A stretch of 64,000 nucleotides of DNA from an uncultured bacterium (GCA_964236265.1 CAXSDE010000001.1:84614-148613); one strand, 5' to 3'; counted from the first letter of the stretch, positions 10,077 to 21,321 are shown. Numbers and translations are program-made. The notes: a model not told the origin generated them from the letters alone.

Positions 10077-13000
10077 GTGTCGCGTCCGTCCGCCATCCGT
10101 CGCGGGCCGATCTCCATGGTCGTCGCCGCCGCGCTCACCGCAGGGGCGCTCGGGGCCGTCGTCGGACCCGCGCACATCGCGGTGGCCGCAGTCACCAGCT
10201 CCGTGTCCGCCCCGCCGGCGGGTGGCACAACTGCGGCCGCGCACGCGCAGGCGCCGGCCGGCTCGGGCACCTCGGTCGTGGCTCGCGACCGGCTCCTCAT
10301 CCGTTTCACGGCGGGGGCGACGCGAGCCGCGCAGGCACAGGCGCTCGCCGCCGCCGGGGTGGCCGACCCGCAACCGGTGGACCACACGCCGTACGTCCGC
10401 GTGTCCGTCCCGGGCGACCTGGCCACCGTTTCGCGCGTCCTCGCGCACGACGCGGCCATCGCCGAGGTGCAGCCCGTCTACCAGCGACGCACCACCGACC
10501 TGCCGGCAACGCGCACGGCGGCGCTGACCCCGAGCGAGCCGGCCTACCGGAAGTCGCAAGCCGCCGATGCCGGCCTGCTGCGACTGCCGGCCGCGTGGGC
10601 GCTGCGCCACGACTCGTCGGTCGTCGTGGCCGTCGTGGACACCGGCGTCGACCTCGGACACCCGGATCTGAAGGGACGCATCGTCCCCGGCCACGACTTC
10701 GTCGACAACGACGCCACCGCGCAGGACGAGAACGGCCACGGCACCCAGGTCGCCGGGATCATCGGCGCCGTCCCCGACAACAACCGCGGCGTCGCCGGCG
10801 TCGTGTGGAACGCCCGCATCATGCCCGTGCGGGTGCTCGACGCCGACGGCTACGGTTTCGACGACACGATCGCCAAGGGCATCATCTGGGCGGCGGACCA
10901 TGGTGCATCAGTCATCAACCTGTCGCTCGGTGGACCCGAGGCCGACAGCGTCCTGCAGTCAGCCGTCTCCTACGCAACGCGCAAGGGCGCGCTCGTCGTC
11001 GTCGCCGCCGGCAATGACGGCACGGCCGCGACGCAGTATCCGGCGGCCTACTCCGAGGCGATCGCCGTCGCGGCGACGGACTCGACAGGCACCCTGACGC
11101 TGTTTTCCAGCTACGGCGACTGGGTGGATGTCGCGGCTCCCGGCTGGAACGTCCTGAGCACCGCCTTGCGCTTCCGCGGGGCGCCCAGCTACATCGCCGA
11201 GTCGGGCACGTCGTTCTCCGCGCCGTACGTGTCGGGGGTGGCTGCCCTCGTGCGCGCCCAACATCCGCGCTGGTCGGTCGGCCACATCAGAGCACAACTG
11301 CGCACCACCGCCCGCGACGCGGGCACGCCCGGCTTCGACGAGTTCTACGGATTCGGCGTGCTCGACGCCGCTGCTGCACTGGGCGCCCCGCGCGGGCGAC
11401 CGGTCGCCTCCGCTGCCGCCGATGCCAACGACACCCCGGCGCACGCGGTGTCCGCGCTGCCGGCCACCCAGACGATCGGCGTCGAGGGAGATGTCGACTG
11501 GTTCCGTTACCGCGCCGCCGGACCCACCTGGGTGCGCGTGCGCGTGTCGGGCGGCTCCTCGTACCGGGAAGACGGCCCCCAGAGCCTGGCGCCCCTGATC
11601 AGCGTGTACGACGGCCACCTGACCCCGATGCGGGGCGGCGCCGCCGATGACAGCGGCGCTCCGGTGTCGATCGACGTGTGGCTGCCCGCGGCCGGCGATT
11701 TCTTCGTGAGCGTGCGCAACCAATACCCGTGCCGCAGCACCGTGCCTTACACCGTGTCGATCGCCGCCACCACGGCCCCGCGCGTGGACTTCCTGCCCGT
11801 GACCGCAGCCGACTTCGACACACAGAGCGGCGGGGTGGCGATCGGTGACGTGACGGGCGACGGCAGGAACGACCTCGTCCTGTCCTCGGCCGCCTCGTTC
11901 GGCGGGCCCTCGTTCCTCACCGTGGTGCCGGGACGCAACGGGCCGGTGAGCAGCAAACGCATCTACTACGACGCGAAGTTCTTCTGGCCGGGGCAGGGCA
12001 CCGTCGCGATCGCCGACGTCAACGGGGACGGCCGGCGCGACGTCGTGCTGGGCACGGACGCCGGCGCGCAGCTGTTCCTGCAGACCCGCGCGCACACACT
12101 GGTCGACAAGGGCCTCATCCCGGGGACGAAGGGCGGCACCGTGGCCGTCGTGCCGCACGCGGGCGGCGCCGGGGTCGTGGCTCAGCACAACGACTCGCTC
12201 GGCAACCCGCACGCGCTGGCGGTGTTCTCGTTCGCGCACTCGGCGTGGTCGCATGTCGATCTCGCGACCGTCGCGGCGAACGAGATCGAGGTCGGTGACC
12301 TCAATGCCGACGGGCGTCCCGACATCGCGGTCACCGACGGCTCGCCCGATATCTGGACCTTCCTCGATGACGGCAGCTCGTCGTACACGATGAGCACGCT
12401 CACCCCCGTCCCCTCGACGAGCGTCACGTCGCTGGCGGTCGCCGACGTCACGGGTGACGGCCTCGACGACGTCATCACGACGGCGGATCGCTATGCCAGC
12501 AAGGGATCCGTCACAGTGCTGCGCCAGCTGCCCGGTGCGTTCTTCGTCCCCGGCGGGACGGCGACGTTCACCGGTGGCAACGGGCCCGTCGATGCCGGCG
12601 ATGTCAACGGCGACGACCGCAAGGACATCGTCGTCACCAGCACGCGGTCCATCGTCGTGTTCCGCGCCGACGACACGGGGATGCTCAGCTCCCCGTCCTA
12701 CGTGAAACTGTCACCGACGGACGTGCAGACACCGCCGAACGGCCAGGCCGTCGGCGACCTCGACGGTGACCGCCTCGACGAGGTGGTGAGCCGTACGTCC
12801 GCGTTCACGTACGTGCTCGCCCACGCGCTGCCCGGCCATGACGGCATCGTCACGCACTCGCCGCGCGACGGGGCGCGCCGCGTGAGACGCGCGACCGCAC
12901 CCAACGTCATGTTCGGGCCGGCCGTCGCACCGGCGACCGTCACGTCGAGGACGGTCCGGCTCATCGACGACCGCACGCGCACCGTCGTGCCGGTGCGCCT

Positions 13001-13145
13001 CGCGTACGACAGCGCAACGCACGTGGCGACCTTGGCGCCGCTGCGCCTGCTCGCGGCGAAAACCCCGTACACCGTCATCGTCAGCGGCGTGCGCGCGGCG
13101 CACCGCGTGCTCGTCTCGAGCCGGTTCGGCTTCACGACCGGCTAG
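10077..13145 (+). CDS. Secreted subtilisin-like S8 serine peptidase with FG-GAP/VCBS repeats and a C-terminal Ig-like domain. Start inferred at the GTG that gives a signal peptide.
   Basis: Catalytic triad blocks VVAVVDTGVD, HGTQVAGIIG and GTSFSAPYVSGVAAL. At least six IGDVTGDGRNDLV-type FG-GAP repeats. Signal peptide VSRPSAIRRGPISMVVAAALTAGALGAVVGPAHIA. Confidence 0.85.
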   Translation: MSRPSAIRRGPISMVVAAALTAGALGAVVGPAHIAVAAVTSSVSAPPAGGTTAAAHAQAPAGSGTSVVARDRLLIRFTAGATRAAQAQALAAAGVADPQPVDHTPYVRVSVPGDLATVSRVLAHDAAIAEVQPVYQRRTTDLPATRTAALTPSEPAYRKSQAADAGLLRLPAAWALRHDSSVVVAVVDTGVDLGHPDLKGRIVPGHDFVDNDATAQDENGHGTQVAGIIGAVPDNNRGVAGVVWNARIMPVRVLDADGYGFDDTIAKGIIWAADHGASVINLSLGGPEADSVLQSAVSYATRKGALVVVAAGNDGTAATQYPAAYSEAIAVAATDSTGTLTLFSSYGDWVDVAAPGWNVLSTALRFRGAPSYIAESGTSFSAPYVSGVAALVRAQHPRWSVGHIRAQLRTTARDAGTPGFDEFYGFGVLDAAAALGAPRGRPVASAAADANDTPAHAVSALPATQTIGVEGDVDWFRYRAAGPTWVRVRVSGGSSYREDGPQSLAPLISVYDGHLTPMRGGAADDSGAPVSIDVWLPAAGDFFVSVRNQYPCRSTVPYTVSIAATTAPRVDFLPVTAADFDTQSGGVAIGDVTGDGRNDLVLSSAASFGGPSFLTVVPGRNGPVSSKRIYYDAKFFWPGQGTVAIADVNGDGRRDVVLGTDAGAQLFLQTRAHTLVDKGLIPGTKGGTVAVVPHAGGAGVVAQHNDSLGNPHALAVFSFAHSAWSHVDLATVAANEIEVGDLNADGRPDIAVTDGSPDIWTFLDDGSSSYTMSTLTPVPSTSVTSLAVADVTGDGLDDVITTADRYASKGSVTVLRQLPGAFFVPGGTATFTGGNGPVDAGDVNGDDRKDIVVTSTRSIVVFRADDTGMLSSPSYVKLSPTDVQTPPNGQAVGDLDGDRLDEVVSRTSAFTYVLAHALPGHDGIVTHSPRDGARRVRRATAPNVMFGPAVAPATVTSRTVRLIDDRTRTVVPVRLAYDSATHVATLAPLRLLAAKTPYTVIVSGVRAAHRVLVSSRFGFTTG

Positions 13146-13160
13146 CCACCCCGATGTGTG

Positions 13161-13850
13161 CTACGGCGTGAACCGATAGCCCATCCCGGGCTCGGTGAGC
13201 AGATGACGCGGGCGCCCGGGTTCTGTTTCCAGCTTCTTGCGCAGCTGCGCCATGTAGATCCGCAGATAGCTCGCGTCCGTGTGTTCGGGGTTGCCGCGCA
13301 CTCGGGTGAGAAGTTGGCGCTGCGTCACCAAGCGGCCCGGTTGCCGAAGCAGCACCTCGAGAAGTTGCCATTCCGTCGGCGTCAGATGCACCGCCCGCCG
13401 ACCCGCGGGATCGTCGTCGCGGTGTGCCGTCTTCGCGTCGAGGTCGACCGTCGCCGGCCCGAAGACAACGACCGCTCGGGCCGGATCGCCGCTCGATCGG
13501 CGGGTCGCCGCGCGCAGCCGTGCGAGCAGCTCATTCATGTCGAAGGGCTTAGTCACGAAGTCATCGGCGCCGAGGTCCAGGGCGGCCACCTTGTCGGAGC
13601 TGCCGGTCCGGGCGGACAGGACGAGGATCGGCGTGGCCGAGTCGAGACGGATCGCCCGGATGACATCGAGCCCATCGATGTCCGGCAGGCCGAGGTCGAG
13701 CACGACGATGTCAGGTGACCCGGTCGCGAACGACTGCAGGGCCTCGGTGCCGTCTTCCGCCGTCGAGACGTCGTAACCGCGGGCGGAGAGGTTGAGTTTG
13801 AGAGCGCGCAGCATCTGCGGCTCGTCCTCCACGATCAAGACCCGGGTCAT
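13161..13850 (-). CDS. kdpE: OmpR-family response regulator KdpE.
   Basis: Receiver domain MTRVLIVEDEPQMLRAL...DIVVLDLGLPDIDG plus a winged-helix output domain. Overlaps the kdpD stop by 4 bp. Confidence 0.92.
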   Translation of the reverse strand: MTRVLIVEDEPQMLRALKLNLSARGYDVSTAEDGTEALQSFATGSPDIVVLDLGLPDIDGLDVIRAIRLDSATPILVLSARTGSSDKVAALDLGADDFVTKPFDMNELLARLRAATRRSSGDPARAVVVFGPATVDLDAKTAHRDDDPAGRRAVHLTPTEWQLLEVLLRQPGRLVTQRQLLTRVRGNPEHTDASYLRIYMAQLRKKLETEPGRPRHLLTEPGMGYRFTP

Positions 13851-16477
13851 CCCCGGGCCTCGCTTCCGCGGGTCGGTACGGGCGCGACGGGCGCGACGGG
13901 CGCTATTGGCGCGACCGGCGCGATTGGCGCTATTGGCGCTATTGGCGCTATTGGCAGCGTGACGACCATCGTGACGCCGCCGCCGGGAGTGTCTTCCACG
14001 AGAAGCGCGCCTCCCATCGCCTCGGTGAACCCGCGGGCTATCGCCAGCCCGAGGCCGACTCCGGGGCTCTCGCTGGTGGCGCGGTCGTCGCGGCGCTGGA
14101 ACGGCTCGAAGACACGCTCCTTGTCGCTATCGGGGATGCCGGGGCCACGGTCGAGGATGCGCAACTCCGCGCGCTCGCCGTGCGCGCTGGCGCTGACCCG
14201 GACGCCCGACGCGCCGGCCCCGCTGTGGCGGACCGCGTTCTGCACGAGGTTGGCCACGACCCGCTCCAACAACCCGGCGTCGGCAAGCACCTCCGGCAAT
14301 GCCGGCGGCACGTCGAGCTCGACGGCATCGCCGCCGACAACGTGCTGGAGGGCCTGGCTGACGATGTCGTCCAGCCCGAGCGGGCGCGGGAAGACGGACA
14401 GGACGCCGGCCTGCAACCGCGACAGGTCGAGAAGGTTGGTGACCAGATCGGTGAGCCGATCCAGCGCCGCGCCCGCGGTCGCGAGCAGCTCGCGCCGGTC
14501 TTCGTCGGACCACGTGATCGTGTCGTCCGCCAGCCCTGACATGGCCGCCTTCGCGGTCGCCAGTGGCGTGCGCAGGTCATGGCTGACCGCATTGAGCAGG
14601 GCCGTGCGCATGCGGTCGGCTTCGGCGAGGGGCACCGCCGCGGCGGCCGCTTCTGACAACTGACTCTGCCGGTAGGCCAGCCCGACTTGGGCCGCCACCG
14701 CCGTCAGCACGCGCTGGTCCTCAGCCGGGAGGGCACGCCCGCGGATCGCGAGCGACAGTGAGCCGTCTTCGAGCGAGACCTCGGTGTCGCTGTCCTCCGG
14801 ACGGCGGCACGCGTCCGGGCCTGTCTCGGCCAGGACCCGCCAGCGCCCGCGCCCGCCGGTGCCCGATGTCGCCGGCGCGGCGCTGTCTCGATGCAGCAAG
14901 GCGACGCTGTCGACGGAGAACGTCTCCCGCACACGTTCGAGGAGTTCGGGCAGGGTGTTTTCCCCGCGCAGGAGCGCGCCGGCCATCGTCGACAGGGTGT
15001 CGGCCTCGGCGGTCGCGCGCGCCGCCTGGCTGCTGCGCAGGGCCGCCAGATCCACGACCCGGCTCACCAGGACGGCAATGAGCACGAACACCGTCAGGGC
15101 CAGCACGTTCTGCGGTTCACTGATCGTGAAACGGTGCAATGGTGGAGCGAAATAGAAGTTGAGCAACAGGGAGGCGACGACGGCTGCGACGACCGCCGGC
15201 CAGAAGCCACCGACGAGACTGACGACCACCACGGCAAGCAGGTAGAGCAGCAGGTCGGTGCCGAAGGTGATGTCGTGCCGGCCCGCCGCGCCGAGCGCGG
15301 TGAGCGCGGTCAGGAGGACCACCGCGGTGGCCACCCCCTGGACGCGCCGGCGCGTGGTCAGGCCACGGGTCAGGTGCGGCAGACCCCACCCGCGGCCGAT
15401 GTATTCGTGGCCGACGACATGAACGTCGACCGCACCCGACAAGCGGATCGTCGTGGCGGCCGTCCCCTGGCCCGACAGGGCCGAGAAGGTGTTGCGTCGA
15501 CTGGCTCCGAGCACGACCTGGGTCGCGTTGTGCGCCTTGGCGAAGCCCAGCAGGGCCCGAGGGACATCGTCGCCGATGAGCGAGTGATAGGACCCCCCGA
15601 GGCTCTCCACCAGAACGCGCTGAGTCGCCAGCGCCACGGGGCTCTGCCCCTTGAGGCCGTCGCTGCGCGCGACGTGGACCGCGAGAAGCTCGCCGCCGGT
15701 TGCGCGCGCGGCGATCCGACTGGCCCGACGGATCAGCGTCTCTCCCTCGGGCCCTCCGGTGAGGGCGACGACGATGCGTTCCCGTGTCTCCCACTGCTGT
15801 GCGATGCCGTGTGCGGCCCGGTAACGCTGCAGGCCTTCGTCGACGCTGTCCGCCAGCCAGAGCAACGCCAACTCGCGCAGGGCAGTGAGGTTGCCCACGC
15901 GGAAATAGTTGCCCAGCGCCGCGTCGACCTTCTCCGGCGCGTAGACGTTGCCGTGCGCGAGCCGGCGCCGCAATGCCTCCGGCGTCATGTCGATGAGCTC
16001 GACCTGGTCCGCGGCCCGCACGACGGCATCGGGCACGGTCTCGCGCTGCGCGACACCGGTGATTTGCTGTACGACGTCATTGAGACTTTCCAGATGCTGC
16101 ACGTTGACGGTCGTGATGACGTCGATCCCGGCGTCGAGCAGCGCCTCGACATCCTGCCAGCGTTTCTCGTGCCGGGACCCAGGGATGTTGGTGTGCGCCA
16201 ATTCATCGACCAGGGCAGCGGCCGGAGCGCGCGCCAGGACCGCATCGATGTCCATCTCCTCGAACACCGCCCCGCGGTGCCGCCGGATCGACCGCGGCAC
16301 GACCTCGAGTCCCTCGAGCTGGCTCGCGGTGTGCGCCCTGCCGTGCGTCTCGACGTACGCGACGACGACGTCGCTCCCCCGACTGGCGCGACGATGACCC
16401 TCATCGAGCATTGCGTACGTCTTACCTACCCCTGGCGCGGCACCGAGATAGACGCGCAAGACCCCGCGTGCGGTCAC
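13847..16477 (-). CDS. kdpD: Sensor histidine kinase KdpD with a (PIA/PVA)n C-terminal tail.
   Basis: N-terminal KdpD domain GAAPGVGKTYAML, USP-like region, 4 TM helices, HisKA/HATPase C-terminus. The tail PIAPIAPIAPIAPVAPIAPVAPVAPV is encoded by a ggcgctatt 9-bp repeat at about 13862-13945. Confidence 0.93.
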   Translation of the reverse strand: MTARGVLRVYLGAAPGVGKTYAMLDEGHRRASRGSDVVVAYVETHGRAHTASQLEGLEVVPRSIRRHRGAVFEEMDIDAVLARAPAAALVDELAHTNIPGSRHEKRWQDVEALLDAGIDVITTVNVQHLESLNDVVQQITGVAQRETVPDAVVRAADQVELIDMTPEALRRRLAHGNVYAPEKVDAALGNYFRVGNLTALRELALLWLADSVDEGLQRYRAAHGIAQQWETRERIVVALTGGPEGETLIRRASRIAARATGGELLAVHVARSDGLKGQSPVALATQRVLVESLGGSYHSLIGDDVPRALLGFAKAHNATQVVLGASRRNTFSALSGQGTAATTIRLSGAVDVHVVGHEYIGRGWGLPHLTRGLTTRRRVQGVATAVVLLTALTALGAAGRHDITFGTDLLLYLLAVVVVSLVGGFWPAVVAAVVASLLLNFYFAPPLHRFTISEPQNVLALTVFVLIAVLVSRVVDLAALRSSQAARATAEADTLSTMAGALLRGENTLPELLERVRETFSVDSVALLHRDSAAPATSGTGGRGRWRVLAETGPDACRRPEDSDTEVSLEDGSLSLAIRGRALPAEDQRVLTAVAAQVGLAYRQSQLSEAAAAAVPLAEADRMRTALLNAVSHDLRTPLATAKAAMSGLADDTITWSDEDRRELLATAGAALDRLTDLVTNLLDLSRLQAGVLSVFPRPLGLDDIVSQALQHVVGGDAVELDVPPALPEVLADAGLLERVVANLVQNAVRHSGAGASGVRVSASAHGERAELRILDRGPGIPDSDKERVFEPFQRRDDRATSESPGVGLGLAIARGFTEAMGGALLVEDTPGGGVTMVVTLPIAPIAPIAPIAPVAPIAPVAPVAPVPTRGSEARG

Positions 16478-16525
16478 GATGGCACCCTTTCCGTCGCCGT
16501 GCTCCTCATCGGGCCCGTCGCGCCG

Positions 16526-17422
16526 TCACTGCCCCGCGACCGGATGCTGTGCGTCGAGCGCGAGGTTGAGCTCGAGGACGTTGACGCGGGGCTCGCCCAG
16601 GATGCCGAGATCACGACCGGTCCGGTGCTCGGCGAGCATCGCGCGCACGTCCGCCGCGGACATGCCACGGGCGGCCGCTATCCGCGGGACCTGCAGCTCG
16701 GCGTAGGCCGGGCTGATCTCCGGGTCGAGGCCGGACGCGCTCGTCGTGACGGCGTCCGCCGGCACGGCCGGCTGCGCGGGTGCGTCGCCGCGGATCGGCA
16801 CCACCTGGCCGGCGCTGAGGTCTTCGCCGGGTGTGGCGCACTCGACCGGAACACCACCGTACGAGGCGAGGAACGGGACGGCAGGGCAGGCTTCATTGGC
16901 ACTGACGGCGCGCACGACGGCACCCGCGAACCCCGGCCCCTGGTGGAAAACGACCAGGACGGCCCCGACCCCGCCGGCCGTGCAGAACGGCCGGGATCCG
17001 TCGACCTTCTCGAGCGCGCCGACCGCTGCGCTGCGGGAGCAGACCAGCGTCAGCAGGCGCTGCGTGCCCGTGTCGTCGACCACCGCGGGGTCGGGCAGCA
17101 CATCGAGGATGCTCTCCGGTCCCAGGTTGCTCGCGCTGGACGCGGTCGGGTCGTAGCCGGCGCCCGCGGCGGAGGGACGGCTCTGGAAATACTGCGGCAG
17201 GGCGTTGCCGTCCTTGTCCGTGAACGACTGGCCGATGAGACGTGAGCCGACGAGATGCCCGTCCGCGGCCTTGAGGAGCGAGCCGTCGGCGTGCGACTTC
17301 AACCCGGGCACCTGGGCGACTGCTGTCACCGCGAGGGGATAGCCGATGCCGAGGACGACGGTCATCACGACGAGTAACCGCAGCGCGGCGACGTACGGTC
17401 GGAAAAAAGCGGGTGTGCGCAC
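16526..17422 (-). CDS. kdpC: K+-transporting ATPase subunit C. Unusually long at 298 aa, against roughly 190-200 aa in typical KdpC.
   Basis: MRTPAFFRPYVAALRLLVVMTVVLGIGYPLAVTAVAQ...GNALPQYFQSRPSAAG is the KdpC signature. An extra central segment is present. Confidence 0.85.
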   Translation of the reverse strand: MRTPAFFRPYVAALRLLVVMTVVLGIGYPLAVTAVAQVPGLKSHADGSLLKAADGHLVGSRLIGQSFTDKDGNALPQYFQSRPSAAGAGYDPTASSASNLGPESILDVLPDPAVVDDTGTQRLLTLVCSRSAAVGALEKVDGSRPFCTAGGVGAVLVVFHQGPGFAGAVVRAVSANEACPAVPFLASYGGVPVECATPGEDLSAGQVVPIRGDAPAQPAVPADAVTTSASGLDPEISPAYAELQVPRIAAARGMSAADVRAMLAEHRTGRDLGILGEPRVNVLELNLALDAQHPVAGQ

Positions 17423-17426
17423 GGTC

Positions 17427-19574
17427 TTAACCGATCCCTGGAAGGAGAGCGAGAAGGAGGTCGATGAGCTTGATACCGATGAACGGGGTGATGAGGCCGC
17501 CGACGCCGTACACGAGGATGTTGCGACGCAACATCGCGCTGGCGTTCTGCGGCGAATAACGGACCCCGCGCAGAGCCAGCGGGATGAGCGCCACGATGAC
17601 GAGGGCGTTGAAGACGATGGCCGACAGGATGGCCGACTGCGGCGAGTGCAGCCGCATGACGTTGAGCTTGTCGAGGCCCGGATACACGGCAGCGAACATC
17701 GCCGGGATGATGGCGAAGTATTTGGCCACGTCGTTGGCGATCGAAAAGGTCGTCAACGAGCCGCGCGTGATGAGCAATTGCTTGCCGATCTCGACTATCT
17801 CGATCAGCTTTGTCGGGTTGCTGTCGAGGTCGACCATGTTGCCGGCCTCCTTGGCGGCCGACGTGCCGCTGTTCATCGCGACGCCGACATCGGCCTGCGC
17901 GAGTGCTGGGGCGTCGTTGGTGCCGTCGCCGGTCATCGCGACGAGCTTGCCGCCTTCCTGCTCCCGCTTGATGAGCGCCATCTTGTCTTCCGGTGTTGCC
18001 TCGGCAAGGAAGTCGTCCACCCCCGCCTCTTGCGCGATGGCGGCGGCCGTCAGCGGGTTGTCGCCCGTGATCATGACTGTCCGGATGCCCATCCGCCGCA
18101 TCTCCGCGAAGCGCTCGGCCATGCCGGATTTGACGACGTCCTTCAGCTGGATGCAGCCGAGGATGGTCGGGGCCGTCCCCGCGTCGGGCCGCTCCGCCAC
18201 GAGCAGGGGCGTCCCACCGGCACCACTGACCGTCTGCACGACGTGATCCGTCCCACTGGGGACCGTCCCACCGTTCTGCTGCACCCACGCGACGACCGAG
18301 GCGGCCGCCCCCTTGCGGACCTCGCGCCCGGCGATGTCGACGCCGCTCATCCGCGTCGCGGCCGTGAAGGGAACGTAGGTCGCATCGAGTGTGTCGTCGG
18401 CCGCGCTCGGCGCCAGCCCGTACTTCGACTGCGCGAGGTCGACGACGGACCTGCCCTCCGGGGTTTCGTCGGCGAGCGAGCTCAGCAGAGCCACGGCCGC
18501 CAGCCGGTCGACCGGCGTCCCGCCCAATGGGATGAAGTCACTTGCCTGCCGGTTGCCCAACGTGATGGTGCCGGTCTTGTCGAGAAGCAGGACGTTGACG
18601 TCGCCGGCTGCTTCGACCGCTCGGCCGCTCATGGCCAGCACGTTGCGTTGGACGAGCCTGTCCATCCCGGCGATGCCGATCGCCGACAGCAAAGCCCCGA
18701 TCGTTGTCGGGATCAGGCAGACCAGGAGCGCGACGAGGACGATGCCGGTCACGCCGTGCCCGGTCAGCGCCGCCGTGTCGGGGAGCCCCGGCTGCGAGGC
18801 CTTCGCGAAGATGGCCAGCGGCTGCAACGTGGCGGTGGCCAGCAGGAAAACGATGGTGAGGCTGGCCAGCAGGATGTTGAGCGCGATCTCGTTCGGTGTC
18901 TTCTGGCGGGAAGCCCCCTCGACCAGCGCGATCATCCGGTCGATGAAGCTCCCCCCCGGCTTCTGCGTGATCTCGATGACGGCGCGGTCGGACAGCACGC
19001 GGGTGCCCCCGGTGACGGAACTGCGGTCACCGCCGGACTCGCGGATCACGGGCGCGGATTCGCCGGTGATGGCCGACTCGTCGACGGAGGCGATGCCGTC
19101 GATGATGTCGCCGTCGCCCGGGATGAAGTCGCCGGCCTCGCAGACGACGACGTCACCTTGCTGCAGCTGAGCCGCCGACACCAGCTCCTCGCGGCCATGA
19201 AAGTCGCGGGGGGACACGAGGCGGCGGGCCATCGTGTCCGTCTTCGTGCGCCGCAGCGACTCGGCTTGGGCTTTGCCGCGGCCTTCCGCGACCGCTTCCG
19301 CGAGGTTGGCGGCCAGGACCGTCAACCACAGCCACGCCGCGATCGCGATCGCGAAGGCCGTGTGGTCCCGCGCGGCGAGCACGGTCGTGAAGACCGATCC
19401 CACCTCGACGAGAAACATGACGGGGTTCTTCCACAGGGTGCGGGGGTCGAGCTTTCGCAGCGCGTCCGGCACCGCCGCGAGCAGCATGCGGGGGTCGAGC
19501 AGGCCACCGCCGCGCCTGCGCTCAGGATCGGTCGGTGCACCCACGGTTGACGGGGGCGACAGGGAGATTGCCAT
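17427..19574 (-). CDS. kdpB: K+-transporting P-type ATPase subunit B.
   Basis: DKTGTIT phosphorylation motif and [19 protein letters not shown]. 715 aa. Confidence 0.96.
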   Translation of the reverse strand: MAISLSPPSTVGAPTDPERRRGGGLLDPRMLLAAVPDALRKLDPRTLWKNPVMFLVEVGSVFTTVLAARDHTAFAIAIAAWLWLTVLAANLAEAVAEGRGKAQAESLRRTKTDTMARRLVSPRDFHGREELVSAAQLQQGDVVVCEAGDFIPGDGDIIDGIASVDESAITGESAPVIRESGGDRSSVTGGTRVLSDRAVIEITQKPGGSFIDRMIALVEGASRQKTPNEIALNILLASLTIVFLLATATLQPLAIFAKASQPGLPDTAALTGHGVTGIVLVALLVCLIPTTIGALLSAIGIAGMDRLVQRNVLAMSGRAVEAAGDVNVLLLDKTGTITLGNRQASDFIPLGGTPVDRLAAVALLSSLADETPEGRSVVDLAQSKYGLAPSAADDTLDATYVPFTAATRMSGVDIAGREVRKGAAASVVAWVQQNGGTVPSGTDHVVQTVSGAGGTPLLVAERPDAGTAPTILGCIQLKDVVKSGMAERFAEMRRMGIRTVMITGDNPLTAAAIAQEAGVDDFLAEATPEDKMALIKREQEGGKLVAMTGDGTNDAPALAQADVGVAMNSGTSAAKEAGNMVDLDSNPTKLIEIVEIGKQLLITRGSLTTFSIANDVAKYFAIIPAMFAAVYPGLDKLNVMRLHSPQSAILSAIVFNALVIVALIPLALRGVRYSPQNASAMLRRNILVYGVGGLITPFIGIKLIDLLLALLPGIG

Positions 19575-21235
19575 CAGTGCAGGCCTTCCGCGAGCGGTCC
19601 CAGCGCAAGGGCTGGGAAGTAGGTGAGGGCCACGACGATGACCGTCACGCCGGTGAGAAACCCGATGAACTGCAGCCGGTGCGTGGGCAATGTGCCCTCC
19701 GACGCCGGGACCGTGTGTTGCTGCGCCAGCGACCCGGACAGCGCGAGCACGAAGACGATGGGCAGGAAGCGACCGAGCAGCATCACGATGCCGAGTGCCG
19801 TGTTGTACCAGGCCGTGTTGACGCTGATACCGGCGAACGCGCTGCCGTTGTTGTTGCCCGCAGATGTGAACGCATACAGGACTTCCGACAGTCCGTGCGC
19901 CCCCGAGTTGAGCATCGACGCGCGTTCACCGGGCAACGCCATGGCGAGCGCGGTGCCGCCGAGAACGACGGTCGGCGTGGCCAGGATGTAGAGAGAAGCA
20001 AACTTGATCTCCCGGCGCGAGATCTTCTTGCCGAGATATTCCGGGGTGCGACCCACCATGAGACCGGCGATGAACACCGACAGCACCGCGAGCACGAGCA
20101 TGCCGTAGAGGCCGGAGCCGGTGCCGCCGGGCGCGACCTCGCCGAGCATCATGTTGAACAGGGTCACCGCCCCACCGAGGCTGGTGTAGCTGTCATGGAA
20201 ACTGTTGACGGCCCCGGTGGACGTTGCCGTCGTGGTGCTGGCGAACACGGCGGAGTCCGGCACGCCGAACCTGGTCTCGATTCCTTCGTACGACGAACCG
20301 ACCGCGGTCGGGACCGTGCCGTGATGGGCGAGCTGCGCGGCCATCAACAGGCCGGTCGTCACGACGAGCAGCAGACCCATGACAGCGGCGATCGCGCGGC
20401 CCTGCCGCCTGTCGCCGACCAGCACGCCGAAGGTCCTGGCCAACGAGAAGGGGATCGCGATCTCCAGCAGGATCTGGAGCCAGTTGGTCCACACCGTCGG
20501 GTTCTCGAACGGGTGCGCGCTGTTGGCGTTGAAGATGCCACCGCCGTTGGTGCCGAACTGCTTGATGGCTTCCTGACTCGCGACGGTCCCCCCTGGCAGC
20601 GTCTGCGCCTGACCGGCCAGGCCGGTCGCGTCCGCGTAGGGGTGGAAATTCTGCACCGCACCGGCGGCCACGAAAAGGACGGCGACGACGAAGGAGACCG
20701 GCAGGAGCAGCCGCAGGCAGCAACGCGTCAGGTCGACCCAGAAGTTGCCGATGCGGTCCGTCCGCGAGCGCGCGAATCCGCGGACCAACGCGACGGCCAC
20801 GGCGATGCCGGCCGCCGCCGACAGGAAGTTTTGCACGGCAAGGCCGGCCGCCTGCCCGGCGTACCCCATCGCGCTTTCGCCGGAATAGCTCTGCCAGTTG
20901 GTGTTCGTGACGAAGCTCGCAGCGGTGTTGAAGGACTGACTGCTCGACATCTGCGGCACCGCGTACGGATGGCCGAGGGTGTGTTGAATGCGCAGGATGC
21001 CGTAGAGAGCCACGACGGACACCCCGCTGAACGCCAGGACCGACCGGAGATACACGCCCCAGGTCTGGTCGGCGTCGGGGTCGATCCCGACGGCACGGTA
21101 GACGACGCGCTCGGCACGACTGTGGTGCGTGCTCGTGAAGATGCGCGCCATGAAGTCACCCAGGGGGCGATAGATCAGGACGACGGCGACGAGCACGGAA
21201 CCGGCGAACAGGAGCCCCGCAACTGTGCTGCTCAT
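19574..21235 (-). CDS. kdpA: K+-transporting ATPase subunit A.
   Basis: 553-aa polytopic membrane protein with the KdpA pattern ([33 protein letters not shown]...). Confidence 0.95.
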   Translation of the reverse strand: MSSTVAGLLFAGSVLVAVVLIYRPLGDFMARIFTSTHHSRAERVVYRAVGIDPDADQTWGVYLRSVLAFSGVSVVALYGILRIQHTLGHPYAVPQMSSSQSFNTAASFVTNTNWQSYSGESAMGYAGQAAGLAVQNFLSAAAGIAVAVALVRGFARSRTDRIGNFWVDLTRCCLRLLLPVSFVVAVLFVAAGAVQNFHPYADATGLAGQAQTLPGGTVASQEAIKQFGTNGGGIFNANSAHPFENPTVWTNWLQILLEIAIPFSLARTFGVLVGDRRQGRAIAAVMGLLLVVTTGLLMAAQLAHHGTVPTAVGSSYEGIETRFGVPDSAVFASTTTATSTGAVNSFHDSYTSLGGAVTLFNMMLGEVAPGGTGSGLYGMLVLAVLSVFIAGLMVGRTPEYLGKKISRREIKFASLYILATPTVVLGGTALAMALPGERASMLNSGAHGLSEVLYAFTSAGNNNGSAFAGISVNTAWYNTALGIVMLLGRFLPIVFVLALSGSLAQQHTVPASEGTLPTHRLQFIGFLTGVTVIVVALTYFPALALGPLAEGLH

Positions 21236-21321
21236 CAGAATCGCTCCGGGAACAGCAGGGCGATCAGCAGAAACACAGAGGCGGCGACGGCCAGGATGAG
21301 ACCCACGAGGTTCTCGGCGTT
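21232..21321 (-). CDS. kdpF: KdpF small subunit (29 aa). Not in the ORF track.
   Basis: The minus-strand translation gives [29 protein letters not shown]. The stop TGA overlaps the kdpA ATG (ATGA). Single TM helix typical of KdpF. Confidence 0.7.
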
